A stretch of 64,000 bases of DNA from Escherichia coli (GCA_032372955.1 GCA_032372955.1_4725.1), one strand, 5' to 3'. Positions 38,948 to 47,399 are shown, counted from the stretch's first letter. Made by a program: numbers and translations. Notes: a model not told the origin generated them from the sequence alone.

Positions 38948-39457
38948 ATGGGCACAAAAATGAGTGAATTGGGTGCTCGCATGACGGCATGGTACGCAAG
39001 GAAGGATAACCCTAACCAAGTCACCGCAGCACAAATCGACGCACCCGATAAAAACACGATCGATACGAGAATCGGCAAAAAGCTCCCTAAGGGGATACTC
39101 CCCGTAGCGTATTTCGGTGATTGTACTGATATCCGTAGCGAACGCATCAGCAACGTTACCGCCAGCGGTACGGTAATCTCGTATCCTGAAATACCCGTCA
39201 TGATCGCCGGTACCGACTATATTCTGGCGAAGGGAACGCTAGACATCAAAAAACTTACTTCCGACTGGGCGAACAAAACCGGTTATCTTTTCATTCGTCA
39301 GAAAGACGGATCGATCGATTGGATCTGGCAGAGTAGTGCTGGGGTCGATACGTCAACAGCAATTCGCGTCGGGCAGGTGAGCTGTAACGCAACAGGAATC
39401 ACTTCGGTGGTCTTTAACAAAGTCTTCATCCTCGGCCAAAAACGTTACATGGGGTAA
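38948..39457 (+). CDS. small fibre-associated protein (shares an N-terminal motif with 39462 and 39960)
   Basis: The N-terminus MSELGARMTAWYARKDNPNQVTAAQID resembles a single half-copy of the fibre repeat. I set the start at ATG 38948; the track start is GTG 38942. Confidence 0.5.
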   Translation: MGTKMSELGARMTAWYARKDNPNQVTAAQIDAPDKNTIDTRIGKKLPKGILPVAYFGDCTDIRSERISNVTASGTVISYPEIPVMIAGTDYILAKGTLDIKKLTSDWANKTGYLFIRQKDGSIDWIWQSSAGVDTSTAIRVGQVSCNATGITSVVFNKVFILGQKRYMG

Positions 39458-39461
39458 CCGC

Positions 39462-39947
39462 ATGAAGCTATCAACACTGCTTTCTGAATGGGGGACGTAT
39501 CTTACCCAAAAGAACCCTCACGAGGTAACGCCAACACAAACAGATGTCTACGTTAAGACCGAAGTGGCTTCTAAACTTGCACCGCTTGTTACCCAGTGTT
39601 ACCTTCCCTTTCTTTTTTTCAGTCGCGATCGTATCGTACCGTCTGGTTCTTACAACAACGGAAGAATAAGTTTGTCGGAAGGTGTTGCCGAATACAATAC
39701 CAAAGAGGGTGTTGTTCCTGCAACGACGTTGGATGTGTCTGGTGTAAGTGAATCTGTTGGCTGGGTTTATCTTGCTGTCACCGATAGCGGTTTCGCCTAT
39801 ACGTTAACGGATAGCAACAGTAGTTACAAAAACGTGATGCGTATCGGGACATGGAACAAAGTTCAGGGTACCGTGCACCTCGCGGCAACACGTAAGATCG
39901 GCACCGTTGAAATCGACGACGGACAGCTTCCTGACTCGCCTATTTAA
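39462..39947 (+). CDS. small fibre-associated protein (paralog of 38948)
   Basis: The N-terminus KLSTLLSEWGTYLTQKNPHEVTPTQTD carries the same N-terminal motif. Confidence 0.5.
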   Translation: MKLSTLLSEWGTYLTQKNPHEVTPTQTDVYVKTEVASKLAPLVTQCYLPFLFFSRDRIVPSGSYNNGRISLSEGVAEYNTKEGVVPATTLDVSGVSESVGWVYLAVTDSGFAYTLTDSNSSYKNVMRIGTWNKVQGTVHLAATRKIGTVEIDDGQLPDSPI

Positions 39948-39959
39948 TCGAGGTGAATA

Positions 39960-42563
39960 ATGGCAATGAAAAAGTTCAGCGAACTGGTGAATAGCGTTAC
40001 TACGCGTATCGCCAGTCGCAACAATCCAACAGGACTAAACGCGAGCGATCTCGGTGCCTACAGTACCGCTGAGTTCAACACTGAGATGGAAAAATACATC
40101 GATATTGGCGTAACCGATATCGAACAGGTTGGGGACCAAAGTTATTTTCCTCTGGCAATCGAAGGCTCCGCTGACGGTGCTATCTCCCTAAACGACAGAT
40201 ACCGTCGTTACGGCGTATGTCGTGAATCAGACGGTACTATCGTGTTATTGCGTTCAGCAACGAACAGCGTAAAGAAAGGGGTTTACTACGTTATCTGTAA
40301 AACAGATCAAAACGGGCAAATCACCGAAGTTATCCCAACCAGTCGTCGTTATGAACCCGCGACGCTCGACCGTATTCCTACGGCGATATACTGTCACCAG
40401 AACGGTATCATGTTAGGTCAAGCTGCTTTTGAAGACGGTAGCAGCCCTAAAATGTTTATCGCGTTGACAGACGGAACGTTTGACGCATCCAAACATGTCG
40501 CCATGTATCTTGATGGTAGTCTTGCCAACTTTGTTGATACATCACCGCATATCTGCTGTTGGGAAATTAACGGTAAAATCTACATCGCTATCGCTGGCAC
40601 TAACAGTTATAAACTCTACTTAAATGTTTATACCGTAACTAAATCTTCCATCGGTCCCAGCGGTGGCAGCGTAGCGGCTACGCAGCTTACGAATATTAGC
40701 GGTAGAACGATAGAAGGAACAGCGATAAGCAACAGTGCCGAGATGATTGTCTGCAACCGCATATCTGCGAACGATTTCCCTTCTGACGGGATCGGTCAAA
40801 TCGTCTGGCGCGCTCAGATTCGTCTGCATGCGGCAACCAAAGGCACGAAAGCACGTATTCTGATTGCTTCGTCGTGGTGGACAAACAACCGCAAAAATCA
40901 GCAAAAGAACGGGGTACATCAGTTCTATCTGGATTTTGAAACCACCAACAACAGTTATAGCATGAATCCAGGCGCTGGACAATCCACGTACGTGTCAACC
41001 GATAGCGGAATAGACTGGGTAGGACCTTCCAACACAACGGCGGGGACAAGCGGGTATAACGACGGTTTCTGGCAGTGGGGTTCGGGTAACAGTACGGGAA
41101 ATATTGAAATCGATGAACGTGGTCAAGTCGCTGTGATTCAAAACGACAACTTATCCGCTCCCTACGCACGATCGTACACTATCAGAGGTTTCTCTGGAAA
41201 CGTGTTTGACGAACTTGCCAAACTTGGTCCAACCAGTGGAATACAGCACGACTCAAACTGGAAAAGCGTTGACGATCGTGTCGTTGGTGCACTTGCGTCC
41301 CATGGTTACCTGGGTTTCTTTGCTAAAAACAAGGTTTTCGTTAACTCGCGTACGGCTGGTGGGCAAGGTAATTTCGAAGCCCGTTTGGTGACTTACGATT
41401 GGAACCTTAGCTATCGTTATCGAGGTGAGGGTATAGACGTTTACGGTTTTCCACCTTCCAACAACGTGGTGGTTAGCGCAGGTCAACTATCGCGACCTTT
41501 CCTAACCGTACATTTAAGCGATGACAATACGGTAGTTAGCGGGTCTTATTTAACTGATTCAAACTTATCCGGTAAAATCGGATACGACGCCACCAAACTC
41601 GCACCTTCCGGTGAAGACATCAGTATAACCGCAGCCAACCTGCAAGCGGGCGGACAGCTCGTGTGGAACGCGTATACTGGAACCAAGGTGTCTGGTGTTA
41701 GTCAGTGGCAGCATGCGTTAGCCGTACCTCCAGATGGTACAAACGCACCCTGTATTCTGTTTGTTGCTGGCTGTAATAACAGCACGCGCGTACATGGACG
41801 AATCGCTGCGGAAGTTACCGTATCCGCACGTAAAGGTGCTATTACGGTGACGGGCGTAACCAAACTGCTGGGTTATGTCGAGGAAGCCGATACAACAACT
41901 ATCGGTAGTCAGTATGCTGCCTGGGGTGCATTAGCTTACAAGAAGGTGAGTGATGGATGGCTTGTTGCGGGACATGTTCCGTACTCCCGTCAGTCTGCAG
42001 GGAACCAGAACACCTATCAGTTCCGAGCTGGACGACAAAACGATGGGAACTGGACAACCATCGCATTTGAAGGTATGTATGCTTACCTACAGACAAGCGG
42101 CTGGCGCTGGAACGTGCATCCGGTGTGGGGAATCGGTTATGTTGATACCGCAGTCTCTACGGTGATGGGTAATGGCGGTCAAGTCTTTAGCGCTGTCGGT
42201 AATTCCGTTGCGGAATATAAAGCTCTCGCTGTTAAAAACCGTTACATGGTTTCTACGGTCGTTGCTGCTTCCGGTTACGATATCTACATCAACGAAGACA
42301 TCACTTGCTTGTTTGCCGGTAAAGTCATGACCCTACCTAAAGGCCATTATAACCTAAAAGACTATAATAGCTCACCAGGTAATAAAACATGGTACGTTTC
42401 CGTTGTTCCTAATGGCGACCAGTTAGAACTGGAGTTAACCATCTACAAGCAAGAGGATGATAAAGGACAGCGCGTTAATATCGGAACGATTACGACCAGC
42501 GATACCCAGATCTCTGTCATTAATCTCAATAAGACAACCAAATTAGGTACAGTCACGTTATAA
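39960..42563 (+). CDS. large tail fibre / receptor-binding candidate (867 aa)
   Basis: The N-terminus KFSELVNSVTTRIASRNNPTGLNASDL matches the two preceding genes. The remainder is rich in G/S/T/N/W. It lies between two tail-fibre genes. Confidence 0.5.
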   Translation: MAMKKFSELVNSVTTRIASRNNPTGLNASDLGAYSTAEFNTEMEKYIDIGVTDIEQVGDQSYFPLAIEGSADGAISLNDRYRRYGVCRESDGTIVLLRSATNSVKKGVYYVICKTDQNGQITEVIPTSRRYEPATLDRIPTAIYCHQNGIMLGQAAFEDGSSPKMFIALTDGTFDASKHVAMYLDGSLANFVDTSPHICCWEINGKIYIAIAGTNSYKLYLNVYTVTKSSIGPSGGSVAATQLTNISGRTIEGTAISNSAEMIVCNRISANDFPSDGIGQIVWRAQIRLHAATKGTKARILIASSWWTNNRKNQQKNGVHQFYLDFETTNNSYSMNPGAGQSTYVSTDSGIDWVGPSNTTAGTSGYNDGFWQWGSGNSTGNIEIDERGQVAVIQNDNLSAPYARSYTIRGFSGNVFDELAKLGPTSGIQHDSNWKSVDDRVVGALASHGYLGFFAKNKVFVNSRTAGGQGNFEARLVTYDWNLSYRYRGEGIDVYGFPPSNNVVVSAGQLSRPFLTVHLSDDNTVVSGSYLTDSNLSGKIGYDATKLAPSGEDISITAANLQAGGQLVWNAYTGTKVSGVSQWQHALAVPPDGTNAPCILFVAGCNNSTRVHGRIAAEVTVSARKGAITVTGVTKLLGYVEEADTTTIGSQYAAWGALAYKKVSDGWLVAGHVPYSRQSAGNQNTYQFRAGRQNDGNWTTIAFEGMYAYLQTSGWRWNVHPVWGIGYVDTAVSTVMGNGGQVFSAVGNSVAEYKALAVKNRYMVSTVVAASGYDIYINEDITCLFAGKVMTLPKGHYNLKDYNSSPGNKTWYVSVVPNGDQLELELTIYKQEDDKGQRVNIGTITTSDTQISVINLNKTTKLGTVTL

Positions 42564-42576
42564 GGACCTCCAGGTT

Positions 42577-44625
42577 ATGTCGACACCAATTACCCTGAAG
42601 TACCCCGAGGACTGGACCGGTACACTCGCCAGCAACCACATCGTTGGTGAAGAGCATACCGTTCCACGAACCGAGAATAAATGTTACGCCCTTGATGGCG
42701 GACCGTTCTTCACCGAAAGTCTGGTCATCACTGAAAAGCTTACCGGTAAGACACTGGTACGAGGCGTGGATTATAAACCCATTTTCTTGTATCAGGATGC
42801 AACGCTTTACGCAGGTAAAGAAATCTGTGCAGCCATCGCCATCATCAACGATGATATCGAGGGGACATTAGTTAACGACTATTGTATCATCGGTGGTGTT
42901 TACGTAAGTCTTATTGACGCGTTATATCAGGCTATCGAAGAACTCAAACTTGACGATCGTCCGATCAACTGGGACGACATCAAGAACAAACCGGAACTTT
43001 ATCCGCCTGAACCACACATCCACCACGTTAGCGCCATCTACGGTACCGAACATCTTTGCTTAGCGATCTATTCACTGAAAGCCGCAATACTTATCGGTGA
43101 TGCTGCGTCCGATAACCGTCTCTGGGCAGCAATCGATCAGTTACGCAAAGACATGCAAGCAGCGGATAAAGATCTGACCGATCTGCATTACGCTCACGCT
43201 AACCGTACCGATAACCCGCACGAAACCACAAAAGCCCAAGTCGGACTAGGTAACGTACAGAACTATCCTACCGCAAACAAGGCGGAGGCAGAAGCCGGTA
43301 CTGCACCTGACCGATACATGACCGCACAAACGGTTGGTTGGGCGATTGCTAAACTGGCGGGCGATCTAGTCGATGCGCACGCTAACCGTCGGGATAACCC
43401 GCACAGCGTCACCAAAGCGCAGGTTAACCTTGGGAACGTTGATAACTTCCCGACCGCTTCGGATGATGAGGCGAAAGCCGGGACAGCGAACAACCGTTTC
43501 ATGACGCCGCTACGTACCGTTGCCGCGATCGAACAGTTCGCGTTGATTCCACTTAACGCGCATAAAGCCGATTATAACAACCCACACAGGGTAACGAAAG
43601 CCCAGGTGGGATTAGGGAATGTGCAAGACTATCCGATGGCTTCTGAAGAAGAAGCGCGTGCCGGTGTTGCAGCTAACCGATTAATGGCACCGAACACAAC
43701 CAAAGCGTCCATTGAGACCTTTGCGTTAGTTCCGCTTAATGCACACATCGCTGACAAGAATAACCCACACCAAGTGTCTAAAGCACAAGTAGGGTTAGGA
43801 AGTGTTGAGAACTACCCAACCGCTAACCAAGCTGAGGCGCAAGGTGGTTCTGCGACGAACCGTTACATGACGCCACAGTCTACCAACTGGGCAATTCAGA
43901 AATTAGCGGGTGATCTGGTTAACGCTCACGCTAACCGTCGAGACAACCCGCACGCTGTTACGAAAGCGCAGGTAGGGTTAGGGAACGTACAGAACTATGG
44001 TATCGCTTCCGATGCGCATGCGCAGCAAGATGTTAACACCGTGTATTCTACACCACGTAACGCCCGTCTCGCTGCAACGCACATCATCGACACACGCTTG
44101 TTCTGGGGTTCTTACAGCGGAAACAAACTGGTCTTCGTTGATGGTAATGGTGGTACGCGTTTAGGTAAACATGTCATCATCACGGAGAATGGCGGCGGTG
44201 AGATCACACGCTTCTATTGGGGGAACTCTGCGGGCGGTGGTAGTGCGCTATACTTCAACAGCAATATCGATGTTCCTAACGCTTACATTCGCTCGGATGA
44301 GCGTAGTAAACACGACATCCGTTATCTGAAAGACCATCCAGAATCTCTCAGTGAACGTTTACGTGAAATGGCGCGCAATGGGCTTGCCCGCTTCCGTCAC
44401 AACTACGATCCTGATGTCGAGAAGATCGGTGTTATCGCACAGCGTGTTCAAGAACAGTTCCCTGAAATGATCAACGTATCAGATAAAGGACTGTTAAGTC
44501 TTGACACCATGGTGTATAGCGGGGTTCTGTTAGGCGGTTGGTACGAACACGACCAACAGCTTCGTGCTCTGCGTGCAATGGTTGAAGAAATTGCACATCA
44601 CGTGAAAGGAACCAAGGGTATTTAA
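42577..44625 (+). CDS. tail fibre protein with a C-terminal S74 intramolecular-chaperone (autoproteolytic) domain
   Basis: It has five NPHxVTKAQVGLGNVxNY repeats. The C-terminus reads YIRSDERSKHDIRYL...IGVIAQRVQEQFPEMI...LSLDTMVYSGVLLGGW, which matches the S74 chaperone-domain pattern (SDxRxK...GxIAQxV...PE). Confidence 0.85.
   Translation: MSTPITLKYPEDWTGTLASNHIVGEEHTVPRTENKCYALDGGPFFTESLVITEKLTGKTLVRGVDYKPIFLYQDATLYAGKEICAAIAIINDDIEGTLVNDYCIIGGVYVSLIDALYQAIEELKLDDRPINWDDIKNKPELYPPEPHIHHVSAIYGTEHLCLAIYSLKAAILIGDAASDNRLWAAIDQLRKDMQAADKDLTDLHYAHANRTDNPHETTKAQVGLGNVQNYPTANKAEAEAGTAPDRYMTAQTVGWAIAKLAGDLVDAHANRRDNPHSVTKAQVNLGNVDNFPTASDDEAKAGTANNRFMTPLRTVAAIEQFALIPLNAHKADYNNPHRVTKAQVGLGNVQDYPMASEEEARAGVAANRLMAPNTTKASIETFALVPLNAHIADKNNPHQVSKAQVGLGSVENYPTANQAEAQGGSATNRYMTPQSTNWAIQKLAGDLVNAHANRRDNPHAVTKAQVGLGNVQNYGIASDAHAQQDVNTVYSTPRNARLAATHIIDTRLFWGSYSGNKLVFVDGNGGTRLGKHVIITENGGGEITRFYWGNSAGGGSALYFNSNIDVPNAYIRSDERSKHDIRYLKDHPESLSERLREMARNGLARFRHNYDPDVEKIGVIAQRVQEQFPEMINVSDKGLLSLDTMVYSGVLLGGWYEHDQQLRALRAMVEEIAHHVKGTKGI
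43180..44095 (+). repeat. five tandem ~180-nt coding repeats (tail-fibre repeat)
   Basis: This is the same repeat family as 37300-38420. Some units are also clearly similar at the DNA level (for example, the ENPHQVSKAQVGLGSVENYP units at ~38076 and ~43762). Confidence 0.8.
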
Positions 44626-44630
44626 TTCAA

Positions 44631-44708
44631 CGTTCTAGAACGCGTTGTAACGCTTCGAAAAGTTTAACCTGGGGTTTGCCTGGATTAAATCGTTTATCGC
44701 GTTCTAGA
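44631..44708. promoter_or_regulatory. inverted repeat pair TCTAGAACGCG / CGCGTTCTAGA upstream of the endolysin
   Basis: There are 11-bp perfect arms at 44634-44644 and 44698-44708, separated by 53 nt. The first arm sits inside the 12-bp palindrome CGTTCTAGAACG (44631-44642). Confidence 0.4.
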
Positions 44709-44752
44709 CCCTTCCTTGTTCCTCTAAATCGTTATTCCGACGAGGAGTTCTA

Positions 44753-45388
44753 ATGGCTAAGATTACTGAAAAAGATTTTACCTGCGAATTCATCATTCGC
44801 GACAAAACCGATGTTGAAGGTGGGTATATTGATGACCCGGATGACAGCGGGAAATGTACAAACCACGGCATCACGCAAGCGCTTGCTAATCAATACAAAA
44901 CCACGCTGAAAACGAAATTCGGCTGGAACGGTAACATGCGTAACCTTACCACGGAAATGGCGTTCTTTATCTACAAGACTCATTTCTGGGATAAGATGAA
45001 GCTTGACGAAGTCATGAAACGTTCTGTGTTCTTAGCTGACCGTCTCTTTGACCTGGGTATCAATGCAGGTAAAACGGTTGCGGTTAAGAACCTTCAGCGT
45101 TACCTGAACGTCATGAACAACCGTCAAACTTACTGGAAAGATATCAACGCCGACGGTTTGATGGGACCTGCGACGTTAGGCGTACTCGACGCTTACATCG
45201 CTAAACGCGGAGAAACCGGTAAAGATTATCTCATCGACGCGATGCTAGATATGCAGAGCACTTACTACATCGAATTAGCTGAACGTCGTGAGAAAGACGA
45301 GAAGTTCATTTACGGTTGGCAGGCACGTAAACGTCGTGAGCGTAAGCGTTATGAAGCGATCATCTTGAACGGGTTCAGTGCTGAGTAA
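44753..45388 (+). CDS. endolysin, GH108-type muramidase with a C-terminal peptidoglycan-binding domain
   Basis: The N-terminal VEGGYIDDPDDSGKCTNHGITQ matches the GH108 EGGY...GG.TN.GIT motif. NADGLMGPATLGVLDAYI resembles a PG_binding_3 domain. GAGGAG RBS. Confidence 0.8.
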   Translation: MAKITEKDFTCEFIIRDKTDVEGGYIDDPDDSGKCTNHGITQALANQYKTTLKTKFGWNGNMRNLTTEMAFFIYKTHFWDKMKLDEVMKRSVFLADRLFDLGINAGKTVAVKNLQRYLNVMNNRQTYWKDINADGLMGPATLGVLDAYIAKRGETGKDYLIDAMLDMQSTYYIELAERREKDEKFIYGWQARKRRERKRYEAIILNGFSAE

Positions 45389-45451
45389 AACCCTGCCGTA
45401 AACCGTCATAAAACGCTCCAGAACGAACGGAACGCATAAAGACGTATAAGA

Positions 45452-45483
45452 CCCCTCCTCACCCAATAACGGATGAGGAGGGG
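45452..45483. terminator. conserved Y/R hairpin, copy 7 (divergent variant with a larger loop)
   Basis: cccctcctca...tgaggagggg, a 10-bp perfect stem. It lies between the endolysin and the convergent gene 45683-46225. Confidence 0.55.
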
Positions 45484-45682
45484 CTTAACAGGTGTTCGTG
45501 TTTATTCAGGTTGGTCTGGGTCCCTGGCCGCTTGAGGAGATCCACAACCCTTTCAACACCACGCTTCATACGAAGCGCTCAATGAGAAAGATAAGCGTGC
45601 AACCACGCAGATTGTTACAACCAAATTGTAGAAGAGCAATAGCCGAGCTGTACAAAACCCATACTATTGCTCTTTATGCTTA

Positions 45683-46225
45683 TTAGCCAACAACGCTAAC
45701 GGTCGGTTTCACGAAGCCATCAGCTACGTTATCCGCCAGAACGGTTGCCAGGTCATCTTTCGGTGCAGCTGCGTAGGTCAGTGCAACCTGCAGAGTGCCG
45801 GTATATACCAGGCCATTCTCGATCGCATTCAGAGTTACCTGACCAACAGTACCTGCAGACAGCTGGAAGGTTTCTTCATTGATTTCACCGGTCAGGGAAG
45901 CCAGACCGAATTTGGTGACCAGCTTGCTTACCAGCTCGGAAGCCTTAATGCTGTCGGTACCGTGCGGCAGTTCGAAAGTAACATCGCCAGTTACATCAGC
46001 GAAAACTTCGGACAGAGCCAGACGATCGTAGTAGAACTGCTGAGTACCCTGCAGGTTAGCTGCTTCAGCTGCAGCATCCAGCTGAATAACGGTGTTCTTT
46101 TCATGTTCGGAAGACGTCTGCGGAGTACCGAACTGCAGTTCTTCTTCGGTCAGCGTGCGGGTTGCTTTGGTGTTGATAAGATCAAGCAGAAGGGATTTCG
46201 CTGCTTTGTTAAAGTCTAAGGCCAT
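45683..46225 (-). CDS. abundant short paralog of family B (N-terminal domain only)
   Basis: I set the start at ATG 46225 (GAGG upstream); the track start at 46324 lies in AT-rich promoter DNA. Family motifs: FYYDRLALSEVF and LVYTGTLQVALTY. Its codon usage is as optimised as the capsid gene. Confidence 0.65.
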   Translation of the reverse strand: MALDFNKAAKSLLLDLINTKATRTLTEEELQFGTPQTSSEHEKNTVIQLDAAAEAANLQGTQQFYYDRLALSEVFADVTGDVTFELPHGTDSIKASELVSKLVTKFGLASLTGEINEETFQLSAGTVGQVTLNAIENGLVYTGTLQVALTYAAAPKDDLATVLADNVADGFVKPTVSVVG

Positions 46226-46286
46226 GATAATGTGTCCTCTGATTTTTGATGGTCGAAAAGGAGATTCGGAGTCGTTCTCCATAATA

Positions 46287-46321
46287 TTTACATTAATATA
46301 AAATATATTAATTTCTGTAAA
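46287..46321. promoter_or_regulatory. AT-rich, near-symmetric divergent promoter candidate between genes 45683-46225 (-) and 46367-47260 (+)
   Basis: tttacattaatata-aaa-tatattaatttctgtaaa. Each strand reads TATATTAAT(n0-3)TGTAAA. The plus-strand half (TTAATTTCTGTAAA) matches TTAATTCTGTAAA upstream of the capsid gene. Confidence 0.4.
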
Positions 46322-46366
46322 CACTTACATCTTTTGAGAGTGATGTAACAACCATAGAGGTAGAAA

Positions 46367-47260
46367 ATGGCAACTCAAGTTTCGCTTACTTTAAAAACAC
46401 CTTGGCAACTTATCGTTGATGAGATTAACAAACTCAACGCCGACACTGGTGCCAGCTTCCAATACACCGACCTTAAATACGTTCTTAAAGAAAAGAATCC
46501 TTCTGCTCCAGAAGCAACTTTAACGCTTAGCCCTGGTGATGGTACCCCTTACTTCAATAACCGTGATGTTACCTACCATCGTCTGGATCTGGCTAAATGG
46601 TTCCAGAAAATCGCTGTACGTGTTAACGTTACTGCTGACACCACCATCGGTGATGTGGTTGACCTTGTAGCTCAACGCTACGGTATGATCACACCGACCG
46701 GTGAGAAGTTCCTGGATAAAGATAAAGACATCAAAGCCGATACGTTATCTAATCCGGTTACCTTCAACGAGCATGGTATCCAGACGATCACCCTGGAAGC
46801 TAAAGAAGATTCGTTGGCGTGGTACGGCTCTGTTCAAGTTAAAGTTTATAACACCACGCTGGATCTGGCTAACATCATCAAGGTTACCAATCTGGGTAAC
46901 TTAACCTACGTTGATGAAGGCGACGGCACCAAAACGTCAGCACGTCTGTTAACCTATCCGTTAGACTTCAGTACTTACACCGCAGGTTTACAAGCTATTA
47001 CCAGCAACGATACCAAGATCGATGCAGGCTTAGCAGGTAACCTGACTACCCTGATCAAAGAGCAGACTGGTGTAAGTGATGATATCATCAATGAACTGAA
47101 AACCAATCTGCAAACAGCTACCTTTGTCTATAACGGTGCTACCACCGGGTCTACTGACAAAGGTGTTAACGCTACGTACAGCAATGTGCTGGTGCTGTCG
47201 TTAGCTGACGGTACTCACACCTACGGTAAAGCAGTATTCGGTTATAACGTTTCCGAATAA
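46367..47260 (+). CDS. paralog family B protein
   Basis: AGAGG RBS. Family motifs: TYHRLDLAKWF, LAWYGSVQVKVYN and a C-terminal HTYGKAVFGYNV. It is followed by the hairpin at 47277-47308. Confidence 0.6.
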   Translation: MATQVSLTLKTPWQLIVDEINKLNADTGASFQYTDLKYVLKEKNPSAPEATLTLSPGDGTPYFNNRDVTYHRLDLAKWFQKIAVRVNVTADTTIGDVVDLVAQRYGMITPTGEKFLDKDKDIKADTLSNPVTFNEHGIQTITLEAKEDSLAWYGSVQVKVYNTTLDLANIIKVTNLGNLTYVDEGDGTKTSARLLTYPLDFSTYTAGLQAITSNDTKIDAGLAGNLTTLIKEQTGVSDDIINELKTNLQTATFVYNGATTGSTDKGVNATYSNVLVLSLADGTHTYGKAVFGYNVSE

Positions 47261-47276
47261 TTTTAATTAATCTCTC

Positions 47277-47308
47277 CCTTCCTCCTTCCCTGTTGGGTTG
47301 GAGGAAGG
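47277..47308. terminator. conserved Y/R hairpin, copy 8
   Basis: ccttcctccttccc-tgtt-gggttggaggaagg, then tttatg. It marks the end of the structural block, just before the ORF-free region. Confidence 0.7.
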
Positions 47309-47399
47309 TTTATGTTTGTGATTATTCTTCTCTTTTATAATTTCTAATGATAAGATTAAGTACCTGGAGTAAAAGTTTACAGATGTTGTAAATGTATTT

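Noticed and set aside
45492-45686. A 64-aa GTG-initiated ORF in the gap between the endolysin and gene 45683.
   Set aside because: It has no RBS, it spans several hairpins, and it overlaps the 3' end of the convergent gene. It is probably non-coding.
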